Assembly: GCF_006345805.1 (NCBI RefSeq)
Contig: NC_042999.1
Span: 106,826,001 to 106,890,000, forward strand
Source of the DNA: Octopus sinensis
Lineage: Eukaryota
DNA length: 64,000 bases
Reading direction: 5' to 3'
Shown one piece after another: positions 52,335-64,000 of this stretch. Both the position numbers and the translations under genes were made by a program. A model generated the notes under the pieces. The model made no database searches, was not told the origin of the DNA, and saw only the letters and a program-made list of their open reading frames with translations. Numbering within the stretch: the first letter of the stretch is position 1; the number at the start of each line of letters is the position of its first letter.

Positions 52335-52519
52335 ACAAAGGAATCAATTATTATTATTATTAGGTGTTTTATATTATTCTTATTAGATCAAGTATAAACA
52401 GAGAAAAGAGAAAATTATTGTAAGAGAAATAATAGTTGAATTTAAATAATCAATCTATCTTAAGATTATTGTAGTTATGTAGGAATGAAAAGGTATATAA
52501 ATGAGGAATACATACATAC

Positions 52520-52558
<39 letters not shown>

Positions 52559-53139
52559 TACACACGCATACATACACATATATATTTATGTTATATATAT
52601 TTACAAACATACCCATAGGTACATACATATTTCATGTGTTGAGAAGAGAGGATTACTGTAGTAGTTTGTATTTTTCTTTTTATATAATTATAATAATTAT
52701 ACACAAACATATATATACACATATAAACATGACATATGTTTTCTATTGAGGGCTTGAGATAAAAGTCCACAATAAGTAGGTTACAGTTTAAATTAATACC
52801 TGTGATATTAGTCGGTACTAAAAGTAATAAATTTCTGGGTATTAATCAAGATACTTTATTATTTTTCTTTATTGAGTTGCTGAAATCCTGCAGGAAGTGG
52901 GGAGGGGGTTATGGTCAGTCCCGTAATCTAATTGGTCATCTATTGTTTTGAAAGGCCATGTCTTTGTTATGGTTGGTTAATGTATAACATAAACAACAAA
53001 GTAGGCAAAAATATATAAATGTATACAAATAAAAAACAAATAATCCAAGGTTAACTATTAGTAGGTAGGATAGTAAAAGTCAATAGATATATAAATAAGG
53101 ATAGTAAAAGTCTATATATATACATACACACATTTTTTT

Positions 53140-53391
<252 letters not shown>

Positions 53392-53399
53392 TATATATA

Positions 53400-53610
53400 T
53401 ACGAGGTCTGATCAATAAGTATCCAGACTATTGCTATAGTAACAAAGCTAAAGCACACAGAGTAAAGCTGTTTAGCACTGACTGACCTTGAACTCTGCTG
53501 TGCACATGTACTAAGTTTTATCATTCTAACTCACTTATGCTGCTTACAGCAGTGCTTGGAAGGAAAATGTATAGCATGTGATCATCACATTGACCATGAC
53601 AGAGAGAGTT
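53400..53610 (+). mobile_element. mariner 5' end (TIR, 5' UTR, start of transposase)
   Basis: TA-CGAGGTCTGATCAATAAGTATCC TIR resembling 7885; ATGACAGAGAGAGTT (MTERV). Confidence 0.65.
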
Positions 53611-53689
53611 GTCATGATGATACCTGCTCTGAGGCCTATGCAATGTTGCAGAAAGTGTATGGAGAGAAGTGTATGAGCCACACACAAAT

Positions 53690-53985
53690 GAACTAGTGGT
53701 TCAGATGTCTCACTTGTCACACTTGTCATTGTTTCTGCAAGGCCCAACGTTTGAAGGGTGTGCTTCCCTACCCCATCCCAAGTCTTCCTGGGTCTACCTC
53801 TTCCACAGTTTCCCTCCACTGTCAGGGTGTAACACCTCTTCACACAATTGTCCTCATTCATATGCATCACATGACCATACCAGCACAGTCATCTCTCTTG
53901 CACACCACATCTGATACTTCTTATGTCCAGCTTTTCTCTTAGAACACTTACACTCTGTCATGCATGCACACTGACATTACACATC
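53690..53985 (-). pseudogene. RTE ORF C-terminal fragment
   Basis: WYGHVMHMNEDNCVKRCYTLTVEGNCGRGRPRKTWD. Confidence 0.85.
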
Positions 53986-54059
53986 TTTTAAAAGACTGAA
54001 GTCAGGCAGTGGTAGCCACTGAAAGCCATCTCCTAAGAAATAATAGTAGTGAATGGAAT

Positions 54060-55060
54060 CTCACAGAGTATTGTCTTGGGGTAACTGCTGTCCATAGTGG
54101 CTCCCACAGACATACCTTCAATTATACAGACAGCTATGCAGACAATACAAAAGAATCATAGGTGATAATGAACTCTAGAAATACTTTACATTTATAGCAT
54201 AGCTTAAATATTATACATAAGTGGGCTTGAAGGAAATAAAATGCAATTTAATGCTGAATATTAGCAAACCCTCTACTATCAGCATACCAAGTTAAATGTA
54301 ATGCAAAAATACACTTATCAAGAAGAGCTACAATTCTAGAGACATGATCAGTACATGACCTGAGCATTAACATGGGTAATGATGCATCTTTTCATATGCA
54401 TTTTTCTAAGATGACAATGTAATGTAGATGGCTTGTTTGATGTGTTCTTAGAACTTTCAGATAAAGAGATTAGGAACCCATGATGGTCTTCTGGGGGGAC
54501 ACACGTCCTAGGCTATCTAGATTATTACTCCCTGTTATTTTTACCACAAAATTTTAAATTATTGATGGAACTTGACGCAATACAACACTGCAACACAAGG
54601 ATTATCTCAATGTAACAGGTCAGCTGATGGGAAAGAGCAAGAGAAGACACGTAGTAATATATGTCAGAATGATTCTGGGTGGACTTGCATCAAACTTTGG
54701 CATTGAAAGCTATACTAATCCCAGAACAGCATACCACTGCATAGTGTCAAAGATATAATCCTTGCCATTCAGATTTACGACTAAATACTGCAATAGTTTA
54801 GGGTTCAAAGGTGCAAAGCTTTTCAATATTTTATCAAAAGACATAAATAGACTTACATTGTATAGAGATCTTAAAAAGGTACTGGACCTTGTACTGTCTT
54901 GAATTACAAATAAACCTACATTGTGGTAAAACACACAATTGGGAACAGCAACTTCAAACACCTTCACTCATCAAATGCCAGAAAATGGAAAAGGACTGAT
55001 AAAAGAGTAGCAACACCAACAGTGGTGCCCAAACATGGCCACAGCTTATAGCTGAAACAA
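54060..55060 (+). pseudogene. Degenerate CR1-group LINE (RT YADD region to 3' tail)
   Basis: SYADNTK, then SNFGIESYTN...KYCNSLGFKG matching 51255-51660; tail GTGGTGCCCAAACATGGCCACAGC...GCTGAAAC. Confidence 0.7.
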
Positions 55061-55171
55061 ACAAAAAAAAAGGATAAATACACACATGCACATGTATCAA
55101 TGTGCGTGAATGTGTATCTGTATGTGTGTTTGTTTATTTTTGAATGTGTAATTGCATGCATGTGTGATATA

Positions 55172-55272
55172 TATGAGGCAGTATCAAAAGGTTCCTGAAC
55201 TAGTTATGTTTAATAAAACGTAATTTATTTACCTACAGAACTAGTCTGGTGCCTTTTTGATACCACCTTGTA
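55172..55272. mobile_element. ~100-bp mariner-derived mini-MITE
   Basis: TATGAGGCAGTATCAAAAGG...ACTAGT and ACTAGT...CCTTTTTGATACCACCTTGTA: imperfect TIRs with TA ends. Confidence 0.7.
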
Positions 55273-55286
55273 GATATAAGTATGCA

Positions 55287-55791
55287 TACCGTAAATCTTT
55301 GAGTATAGTCTGCCCTTGAGTATAATACGCAGGGGATTTTTAGGGGGCTGTACCTCTGAAAAACCTAAACCTTGTGTATAATACACTCTCCTTCTCTAAC
55401 TTGAGTCGTGCATAATTAAGCCAGCAGCACCTAGTCGAACAAACACTTCTGCACATGCATAATACAATAATGGTAGTGTTCTTAACTGCTATATGGGAAT
55501 GTAAATATGTTTGCAAATTGTTTTTGTTACATGTTATTCTGTGTTCTGAATACTTTTATTTTAATGAATGTTGCTTACTGCAAGTTATGGATGATTCTTT
55601 TATGACTTCATTGTTTTCAGACTTAGCTTAAGGTATTTTCGCTCCCAACATCATTGCTGGACAGCAAATAGAGACTTGGACATTGCTTAGAAAATATTTT
55701 TCATTTTTAACCTCGTATATAGTACGCACTAGGGATTTTGACCTTTAAATTTTGGGGAAAAAATGCGGATTATACTCAAGGATTTTTGGTA
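55287..55791. mobile_element. pogo/Tigger-like MITE (~505 bp)
   Basis: TACCGTAAATCTTTGAGTATAGTCTGC and GCGGATTATACTCAAGGATTTTTGGTA TIRs with TA ends; subterminal GTATAATAC repeats. Confidence 0.75.
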
Positions 55792-56269
55792 CATGATTGT
55801 ATGTATGCATGACTGTGTATGCGTGTATGTGTGTGTGTAGGTATGTATGTACATGTGTGCTTGTTGATGCTACAATGTTATACCGCAAAATCAAATATTT
55901 TAAGGAATGTCAAGTGTAGGAAGTAAAAAAGAAGTAATCAAGGGTCAAGCTACAGGTCTATTAATGAGGCTGAGTAATTAATTATATACACAGTATTGGA
56001 GATTGCTTTAGTCAAAGATGCTATGCTAGGTACAGGTGTTTTGAAAGTTCTTTACAACTATAGATTGTTGTTGCAGTCAGTTTTGTCATTGTTGTTGGTG
56101 TTATTATTGTCGGAGGTTGGCCCTGGCTGAGCAAACTTGTGTTCAAAAATATTCCAGCTACGACCATCCTATATGGGTATTGGAGAGCATAAATATTAAG
56201 GTTGTATTTGAGAAAAAAATTAGCTGACATGGAAGGCTGGAAGCCACCTTAATATTGTATCATGATAAT

Positions 56270-56790
56270 TGGTACCGGGTATCAAAATGACAACATCATG
56301 GCTGTGCTCAATGCTCTATGAACATCGTAAAGGCTATAAGGTGTAACAAGGTAGCTGCAATGGAGACTGCAAAGCCATGACCAGTAAGAAGGGACATAGC
56401 AGGTGTTCTGACTGTGTCCAGATGCCAGAGTTCATCCCTGCATCTTTGAACAGGGTCTTAGGCTCAATTCAGATGGTCATTTGAAGCTGCTGGGAGGCTA
56501 TATGTGTGGTAGCAGGATTTGGCTCCTTACCATATCACCAGGAGTCAGAACTGGTTATCAGACAATTTCTATGATTTCACCAACCCCAGTTTCTGGCCTC
56601 CTAATTACTATATGTGGAGTGCAGCTGAGAAAAAATATCAACAACTCTGCCTGTAGCCCAAAGGTTGATGGCCAAGTCCAAGGACATGTTCAAAGATGTT
56701 CCCAGGGATACAATGATGAACACATGTACCAGATTCTGGAGCCATCTTGAGTCTAAGGTGGAAGCTGAGAGTGGCTACTTTAAGCAAACT
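56270..56790 (+). mobile_element. Internally deleted maT/DD37D-like element
   Basis: Aligns along its length to 60590-61110 and, at its 3' end, to the 29420-30036 transposase. Confidence 0.7.
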
Positions 56791-56809
56791 GTTATTCTCC
56801 AATTATAAT

Positions 56810-57175
56810 CATCATCATCGTTTAACATCTGTTTTCCATGCTGGCATGGGTAGGACGGCTCGACTGGAGTCTGGGAAGCCAGGAGGCTGCACCAGGCTCC
56901 AATCTAATCTGGCAGTGTTTCTACAGCTGGATGCCCTTCCTAACGCCAACCACTCTGAGAGTATAGTGGGTGCTTTTTACGTGCCAGAGGGGACTGGTAT
57001 CAACCACGTTTGGAAGGTGCTTTTACATGCCACCAGCACAGGAGCCAGTCAAGGCAGCACTGACATCAGCCATGTTTGGATGGTGCTTTTTACATGCCAC
57101 CAGCACAGAAACCAGTGAGAACGAAGGGGCTGGCATCAACCACGTTTGGATGGTGCTTTTTACATGCTACTTGCA
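56810..57175 (-). mobile_element. RTE 3' UTR and tail with ~3 tandem units
   Basis: (CAT)n-CGTTTAAC...GGATGCCCTTCCTAACGCC...repeated GGATGGTGCTTTTTACATGC. Confidence 0.85.
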
Positions 57176-60100
57176 CTGTTCTTTTAAGATAATTTTGTTT
57201 TTGAATGGGATATTGTATTTTCTTTACCTTTCATACAAACTGTCAAATTTAGTTCAAACACCTTGTATAAACTGTATTATCTGCTACGTCTTTTTTCTTT
57301 TCAAGACAACAAGGTATATCATGCGGAAAGTTTGATAGATTTTTGTAGTGTGACCATATAAAGACTCCTTTGTTATATCATTCGTAAGAGATAGCTGCCT
57401 GTTCACAGAATACTGTCACTCATAGGTCAATTACTGAGGCACATGCCCTACTAGCTTCAAGACATCTTATTATGCCTGTACAATATAATATTGGGGGAGG
57501 TACTTATGGATATTTAATTATTGTTATAAGTGTAAATGTGGGTGAAGGGGATTATAACAACAATCTGAGAAAATTAAAATACCTTCAACAATGTTTTCCA
57601 TAACACTAATAAAATACAATATTTCCAACTGGTATATTTTTATAAGTAAATGTGAAATTGGGTGGAAATTTCCAAAGAGAGTTAAGATTTGAGAAGTATC
57701 TTATTAATATGGGCCTAGAGACACATAGCGTGCAGCCAGAATAAGGGAAATCTTTTATGAGAGCCAAATTCCAGAGTTTATAAAGGCTTGCTTAAAAACT
57801 TTGAGAATGTTCTTCAAGATATTTCAGTGCAAAAATCAACTTACCTTTTTGCCTGCCAGTGCTTATCAAAACTGACAACTTGAATGAGTGATTGGTAAAA
57901 ATGAGAGAATGTATTTCTATAAATGTCAAGGATAAAGTGCAGATATATATTACCAAATAAGGCAATTGTAATTGCAAGCAGATTAAATTTTAAACCTAAA
58001 TGTTCAAAATTAAAATCTGAAGAAGCTATTGGCTATGTATTTGTGTGTGTGTGTGTATAAATGGTACATTTCTAGAGTCCTTCACATTCATTATTAAGAA
58101 GTGGATTGCATGACTTTATTGTAACACAAAGTATACATTTCTATGTGTGTATGTATACATATGTTTGAATTGGTGTTTTTGTTTTTTAATGTGTGTGTGT
58201 GTGTGTGTTGTGTGTGTAAATATCTGGTTGATGTTTTCACATATATTTACACAGATTTTAAAGTAAATATCTGTTACACACTAAGATGGACGCTTCTTAG
58301 AATTGCTGTTTTAGTTAAATAGAAAGCAGCGCAAATAATTAAAAGTGTGTTGTTTAGCTTAAAAGCATCATATTCTTAGGTGGTTCTTCTGTATGAATAA
58401 TTTGAGGTTTTGACAAGTTCACCTGTTACAAGTATTTGGATGTAACCAGAAATAATACAGCATTAAAAAATAATAAGCCATGGAGAAAATAAGGGTAGGG
58501 AAAATTAAGAAGAAAAAAAGATGTTGAATTCTGTGATTCTTACTGGTTATATCTATAATTAGTAACAAAGTTCTATGCTATTTTTACTCACTAAAAAAAA
58601 AGGTATCACTTTTTAAGTGAATTACATTTTTTCTTTTTTTTTTTTTGAGCGGTGGTTCCAAAGAAATCAGTTTTGGGTACTCATGTCATGTTTTGCCTCA
58701 ATCCATAATGTTTGAGATGATGAGAAGCTGGCAGAACCATAGGGAATATAAATTATCTTTGGTTCATTCATACAATACACTGTACACCATTGACAGTCAT
58801 TCCTTCATATCCAATGTGAATATCTATTTTTTTCCTAATCAGGATAGCATTACATATCTAAAATAAAAAAAGAAAATATGATGTACTTTCAAAAATATCT
58901 CAAGTATCTATATAGCACTTCATTTTAAATTCTCCCTTTTTTCCTTTTTCCCTGTCCTGAAGGGGAAAAAAACAAATGTCATACCTTCAGCCTTACAACC
59001 TGCTCTCATTTTGATTAGGTACCTAGCCTTATTTTTTACTATCCTAGAATGTCCTGGGGATAGAAATATTCTCTTCTCGTCTAAGATAAGTTCTATGATG
59101 GTGAATTACAACCTAACAGATCCACCTTTTATTTCAAAGGAGCTAAATGTTATTTACACATCTTGAATTGAAGCAGTTAGTACAGAAATCTCGATTTGCT
59201 AAAAGAATTTGCTGAGTTACAGAGATCAATACTGAGGGAAAAAGTGAGTTATATGTTGGTATCTAAAACAAAATTCTCCTTTCACAGAAATAAAGAAAAA
59301 ATATTTCAAATCAGAGGCTGATTCTGTTTTCTTCTATGATATCATTATTCTTTTAAAAGCAATTGGATATCTGTCGACTGAATGGATATACTTTATTGAC
59401 AGTTCAAAGGTTAAAATGTGTCTTACATTACAACAAAAATAAAATGACATAAGTTATGATTAGTCCAAATAATTTGTTTTATTGAATTTGTAAAGAATAA
59501 ACTCAATATACTGAGAATTCTATACTTAAATGGATATATCGTTATAATATAACATTTACATTTTAAATTGCATCCAATAAGCCAATTTAGTATCTATATC
59601 GCCATTTTTATTTACAAGTTTGTGGTGTCATTTTCTTTCATGTTATCAAATGTGATGGTGGGGTTTTAAGCAATGGGACATTCTCACTGGTTGCTGTTGA
59701 AGTTAACATTCATCTTCCTTTGATATTTATTGCGTTTGTAACACAGCAAGTCCATAAGAGATACTGTCTCAGGACAAATAGCATAGTAACCTGCTGACAG
59801 TGTGTATACATTTACTATGATACATAGAGAGAGTTCAGGCTATATTTGATGATATTTTATACCCCCTTTTATCAGGAACAACTTAATGTATTGTTGAACA
59901 ATGAATGGTGCTAGAGAGCATGAAGATTAATCCTGTCAGATCTGTGCCCTTTGGTCTAACTTTACCCTCCATTAGGGCTCCCAAGCAAAAAAAATAGATA
60001 GTAACGACTGCAGCAAACTAATGGACAGAATCACACATAAAAGAAAAATCAGGAGAATAACAATATCTCTCAACTACCATATTCATTCCTCATCACTTTC

Positions 60101-60589
60101 ACCAGTTTGATTGTCTGAATCACTCTCATTGCCAGCGTAAATGTAAACTCTTCATCTGAAGAAGAAATATCCTCAATGATTTCCACAATTGCAAAGAGTC
60201 TAGGCCTTGCTTGTTTACAAGACAAAGTGCTAGATTCGTCACACACTTGTTTCATTGTAAAATCGTTTTCCTTTTTTTTTTCAATTAAAAACAAAAGTAA
60301 ACGACAGCTACAGGGGATATACCATCAACAATGAATCATAAGCACACTTGACAACAAAGCTGCAATGTGATCAGTTGTTAATTTTAAGTATTTTATCTTC
60401 TTTTTCTAAGTGTGTTGTTTATTACTGCTTTAGGGGGAATCCAGAAGAGATGACATTTGAGCTATTCCTGCTATGAACCATGGCTTTACAGGGTTAAAAG
60501 TGTAATTTAGAAAACATTAGTTGACATGAAGACATGAAGGACTGGAAACCATTTGAATGTTGGAAAACAAGTTACCAATATCATGATGA

Positions 60590-61110
60590 TTCACACCAGG
60601 TATCAAAATGCCAAAATCATGACTGCTGTTCAATGCTGTGAACACTGCAAAGGCTGTAAGACATAACATGGACAGCAGCAATGGAGACTATAAAGCCATT
60701 ACCAGTAGGAAGGAACACAGGTATTCTGATTAGACCAGAATTCATTCTCACACATTTGAACAAGGCCTTAGGCTCAATTCAGATAGCTATGTGAAGCTGC
60801 TGGAAACTGTGGACAATCCCTGGCTTGAGAAGATTGCTGCTGGAAGGCCATATATATGGCCTTCCAGCAGTTCCTTGCCATACCTCTGGAAAAAGTCAGA
60901 ATTGGTTGTCAGAGTATTTCAAAGACTTTACTAGCCCCAGTTTTTAGCCTCTTAATTCCCTCAATTGTAATCCTATGGATTATTTTATGTGGGGTGAGAC
61001 TGCTAAAGACACAAACCACTCTGCCTGTAACATCAAGGCTGAGCTGGTAGCCAAGATGAAGGCGTTCAAAGATCTTCCCTGGGACACAGGAAGGAATGCA
61101 TGACCAGCTT
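60590..61110 (+). mobile_element. Internally deleted maT/DD37D-like element
   Basis: FEQGLRLN...YVKLLETV...NCNPMDYFMWG...CNIKAELVAKM. Confidence 0.75.
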
Positions 61111-61849
61111 ACCATCAACACTATCATCTCTCAAGCTGGCTGAAACATTAGCATGTTGGACAAAATACTAAGTGGTGTACAGAAAACCTTACATAAGAAA
61201 TGAAACAAATATTAAAACATTTATTTAAACAGCTTGGCTATAACTTTTAGACAGCAATAACTGTAACACAATTAGTTTTGTGGGAGTAGCTCAAGAAGCA
61301 TTTTCTTTAACATTTATATTGAAACATTTTGAATCTGATACATGACTAGGAAACTTGAATATAAATATGATATCTGTTTCAGTCTTAATCATCCAGCATA
61401 ATCAAGTCGTCCTGTTGTGGCCAAGGACATTTCCTAGGTTTTAACAAAGTTTCAGAACCAAGAACAATAAAAACAAAGTTCACAAAAGTACTTAAATGGA
61501 TACCAAACATGCAAACTCAAGGAAAAGTGACCTTGATGTAATTTCATCAAGTTTGTTAACTCCTACGGCTGAAACAAGCTAATTAAGTCCCAGTGAAGCC
61601 AATGATAGCACACAATCTGTGAGAGCAAGTTCTAGCAATTTTCAACCCACTGTTGACACTTCTGATACAGATGAGGATTATAGTGGGCAATATAACAAGA
61701 TTGTAGTGGTACCATAGAACAAGAAGAGATAAATTTAGTAAGCTCAAACAATACAGCAGCCTTACAAACTCTATATGAAATAATTATTTACTGCTATGGG
61801 ACCATAGCAGTAAATAATTATTTCATATAGAATTGTTTAATGCAAGAAA

Positions 61850-63860
61850 TCAGTTCTTTTCAAAAGACAGATGATGAATAAATCAAAGCAAGCAAAACAT
61901 TTATTTCTTAAATATTTTGAGAAAAGGATTGAAAAATTTATCAGATTCTGATGAGATCCTGCTTAGTTTACTCATACGAATTATTTTCTAAATGCCAAAC
62001 ATCATTTGCAATAGATAGGTTTTATAACTAGAATGAATGTACACGGAATTATGAAGATAGCATGGAAGATAAGAAGGCAACGTTTGAATAAATAACGTGA
62101 AAGATATATTAAAATACCATGGATCAAAAACTTAAAGAATTGATCAGGAAAGAACATACAGTAGAATACGGATGAGCAGAAGAGAGTTTTATATGTTGTA
62201 AAATTTTTAACTGAAAGAGGTTTGTCATTTAGATCACATGGGGAAAAGTGGGGCTCATCTAATGGAAACTTTATGGAGACTGTTGCAGAATATCTTGAGA
62301 ATTTTAAGAATGAGAAAGTAAATACTGCTTATCTATTCAAAACTGTGTATGAAAAATTATTGGAAGCCATGGGAAATCATGTCCATCATGAAATCATCTA
62401 TGAGATTAACAACCATGAGACCAAATACTATTATTGTTGCTTTAATGTTTGACCTGATATATGTTGACTAGGTGATAGTTGTAGTTTGATATTATTATAA
62501 TCAAAAACTTTAAAGATTTTACTGATAGAAAATAGAGAGATTACTGATAGAAAATAGAGAGACTCTAAAGATTTTATTGATAGAAAATCATCATTTGTTC
62601 ATGAACTTGTTCAGCAAAATACAAGTGCTAAATGGACATATGTTTCAACTGAAAGTACCCATAGATAGTTTAATGTTAATGGATTTAATATAACAATCTC
62701 AGAAAACAGAGCTACAAGCACTCATAAAAAACATTAGCATGTATACAGACTATGTGCAGCTCATTCATTCACCCTGGTAGTATCCACTATACCTGACACT
62801 GTTGAATATTATGGCATTTTGCAGATGCTATTTGTTTTCTATTTTGATCTTCCTGATAGAAGGTTTTAAACACACAAAACAATCTAAACTTTACCCTGGT
62901 AGGTTTCAGTACAACTAGATGATCTATTAAAACAAACATATGAGTGTTTTACAAACTCTCAAACACATTCGTGAAGATTCATAAAAAAAACTGGAATGTA
63001 AACATGAAGAATATATGCTATAAACCGGTAAATTTGGAATATGTAGTCTTAACACTAGCTTGGCAAGAAGTGCAGAAACTTTCTAACAATACATGTAAGA
63101 AACTGCAGACTCCTAGTTTTCATGTATTTGAAAGTTATCTTCCACTATGATCTTTTCTTTTGCTTGTTAAAGTTCTCTGAGAAAATTCAGATGAAAAATT
63201 GAAAGCAAAAAGTTTGTATGAATATATCGCCTCAAGTTATTCTACAGCTTCCAAGTGCATTCTTACAAAGAAATTTTCAGATGGAACAAGTGATGATACT
63301 TCTTTGATAAGAACTGAGTAATTTAGGTAAGAAGTTCTAAATCAAGTCTATGACTGCTTGGCTATCCAGTTACATAAGATGATTGAACCCATATAAGCAG
63401 ATTGCTAAAAAGGTTCAATTTCATCTCAGAAATGGGAAGCAATTCTGAAATTGATGAAAATAATATTAAATTTACTACATTACAAAGATGGTATTGACAA
63501 AAAGTTAGTAAATAAGAATTGTCAGTTCAGGTAGCATTTGCACCTTAGCAAATTCCTGACCTGCCATTCAAAATGCAATGCACAGAAATTCTTCAGTCTA
63601 CTTGTGAGCAATACCTAATTGAACTGTTTCCCAATATTACAACTGCACTTAAGCTGAACTTGACAATACCTATCATGTGTTGTGAAGCAGAAAGGAATTT
63701 CTCAAAGCAATCCTTTCTAAAGAACAAATTTTAATCTACCTAACTGAAGAAAGCTTAAATGCATTATGTATACTGTCTCTAGAAAATGGTATTGCAAAGA
63801 TATTCTCATATAACAAAATTTTGCATGAATATATCACAAGAAAAAAACAGAAAAAATGTA
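61850..63860 (+). pseudogene. Degenerate hAT transposase (DUF4371-like region to hATC dimerisation region)
   Basis: VVKFLTERGLSFRSHGEK...GNFM...YEKLLEAMG...KYYY; C-terminal ELFPNITTALKLNLTIPIMCCEAERNFSK...LCILSLE; many stops. Confidence 0.85.
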
Positions 63861-64000
63861 TTTTGTAAAATGTGTTTCATATAGTATGTATTTTCATAGA
63901 TGTTTAAAATGAAAGATTAAATTGAATTTTGGATTTACTCTGCTTTATTTCATTAGCCTATGATGTAGCAAGCTTGTATATAAATAATCCCTCATTTTCA

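Overview
Eukaryotic, very AT-rich, microsatellite-dense DNA made almost entirely of transposable elements and their relics. The repeat repertoire looks like an octopod cephalopod; that is inference, and no taxonomic search was run. No host protein-coding exon can be supported, and most ORF-track entries are artefacts of (TA)n/(CA)n/(AAT)n tracts. The main coding content is a young ~6 kb L1/Tx1-clade LINE (21236-27290, minus) with only two single-base frameshifts. There is also a 5'-truncated Penelope-like element (PLE) with a GIY-YIG ORF (3164-5143), plus fragments of CR1/L2-, RTE-, RTEX- and R4/Dong-type LINEs, mariner, maT-like, pogo-like and hAT DNA transposons, MITEs and several tRNA-derived SINE families. 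The most interesting signal, invisible in the ORF track, is a set of hammerhead ribozyme (HHR) motifs found by hand. One complete type I HHR lies in the PLE 3' UTR (4855-4937). Two identical HHRs lie exactly 480 nt apart in a non-coding, (TA)n-flanked tandem element that resembles a retrozyme or non-autonomous PLE and could release a 480-nt (circular) RNA (30481-31367). Two minimal HHR-like motifs carry a variant core (41133, 53175), and one decayed HHR-like motif sits in a fold-back (2841-2896). Three SINE families share 3' tails with three different LINE clades present in the window, including the Tx1 element. All alignments and folds were done by eye, and boundaries of old repeats are approximate.
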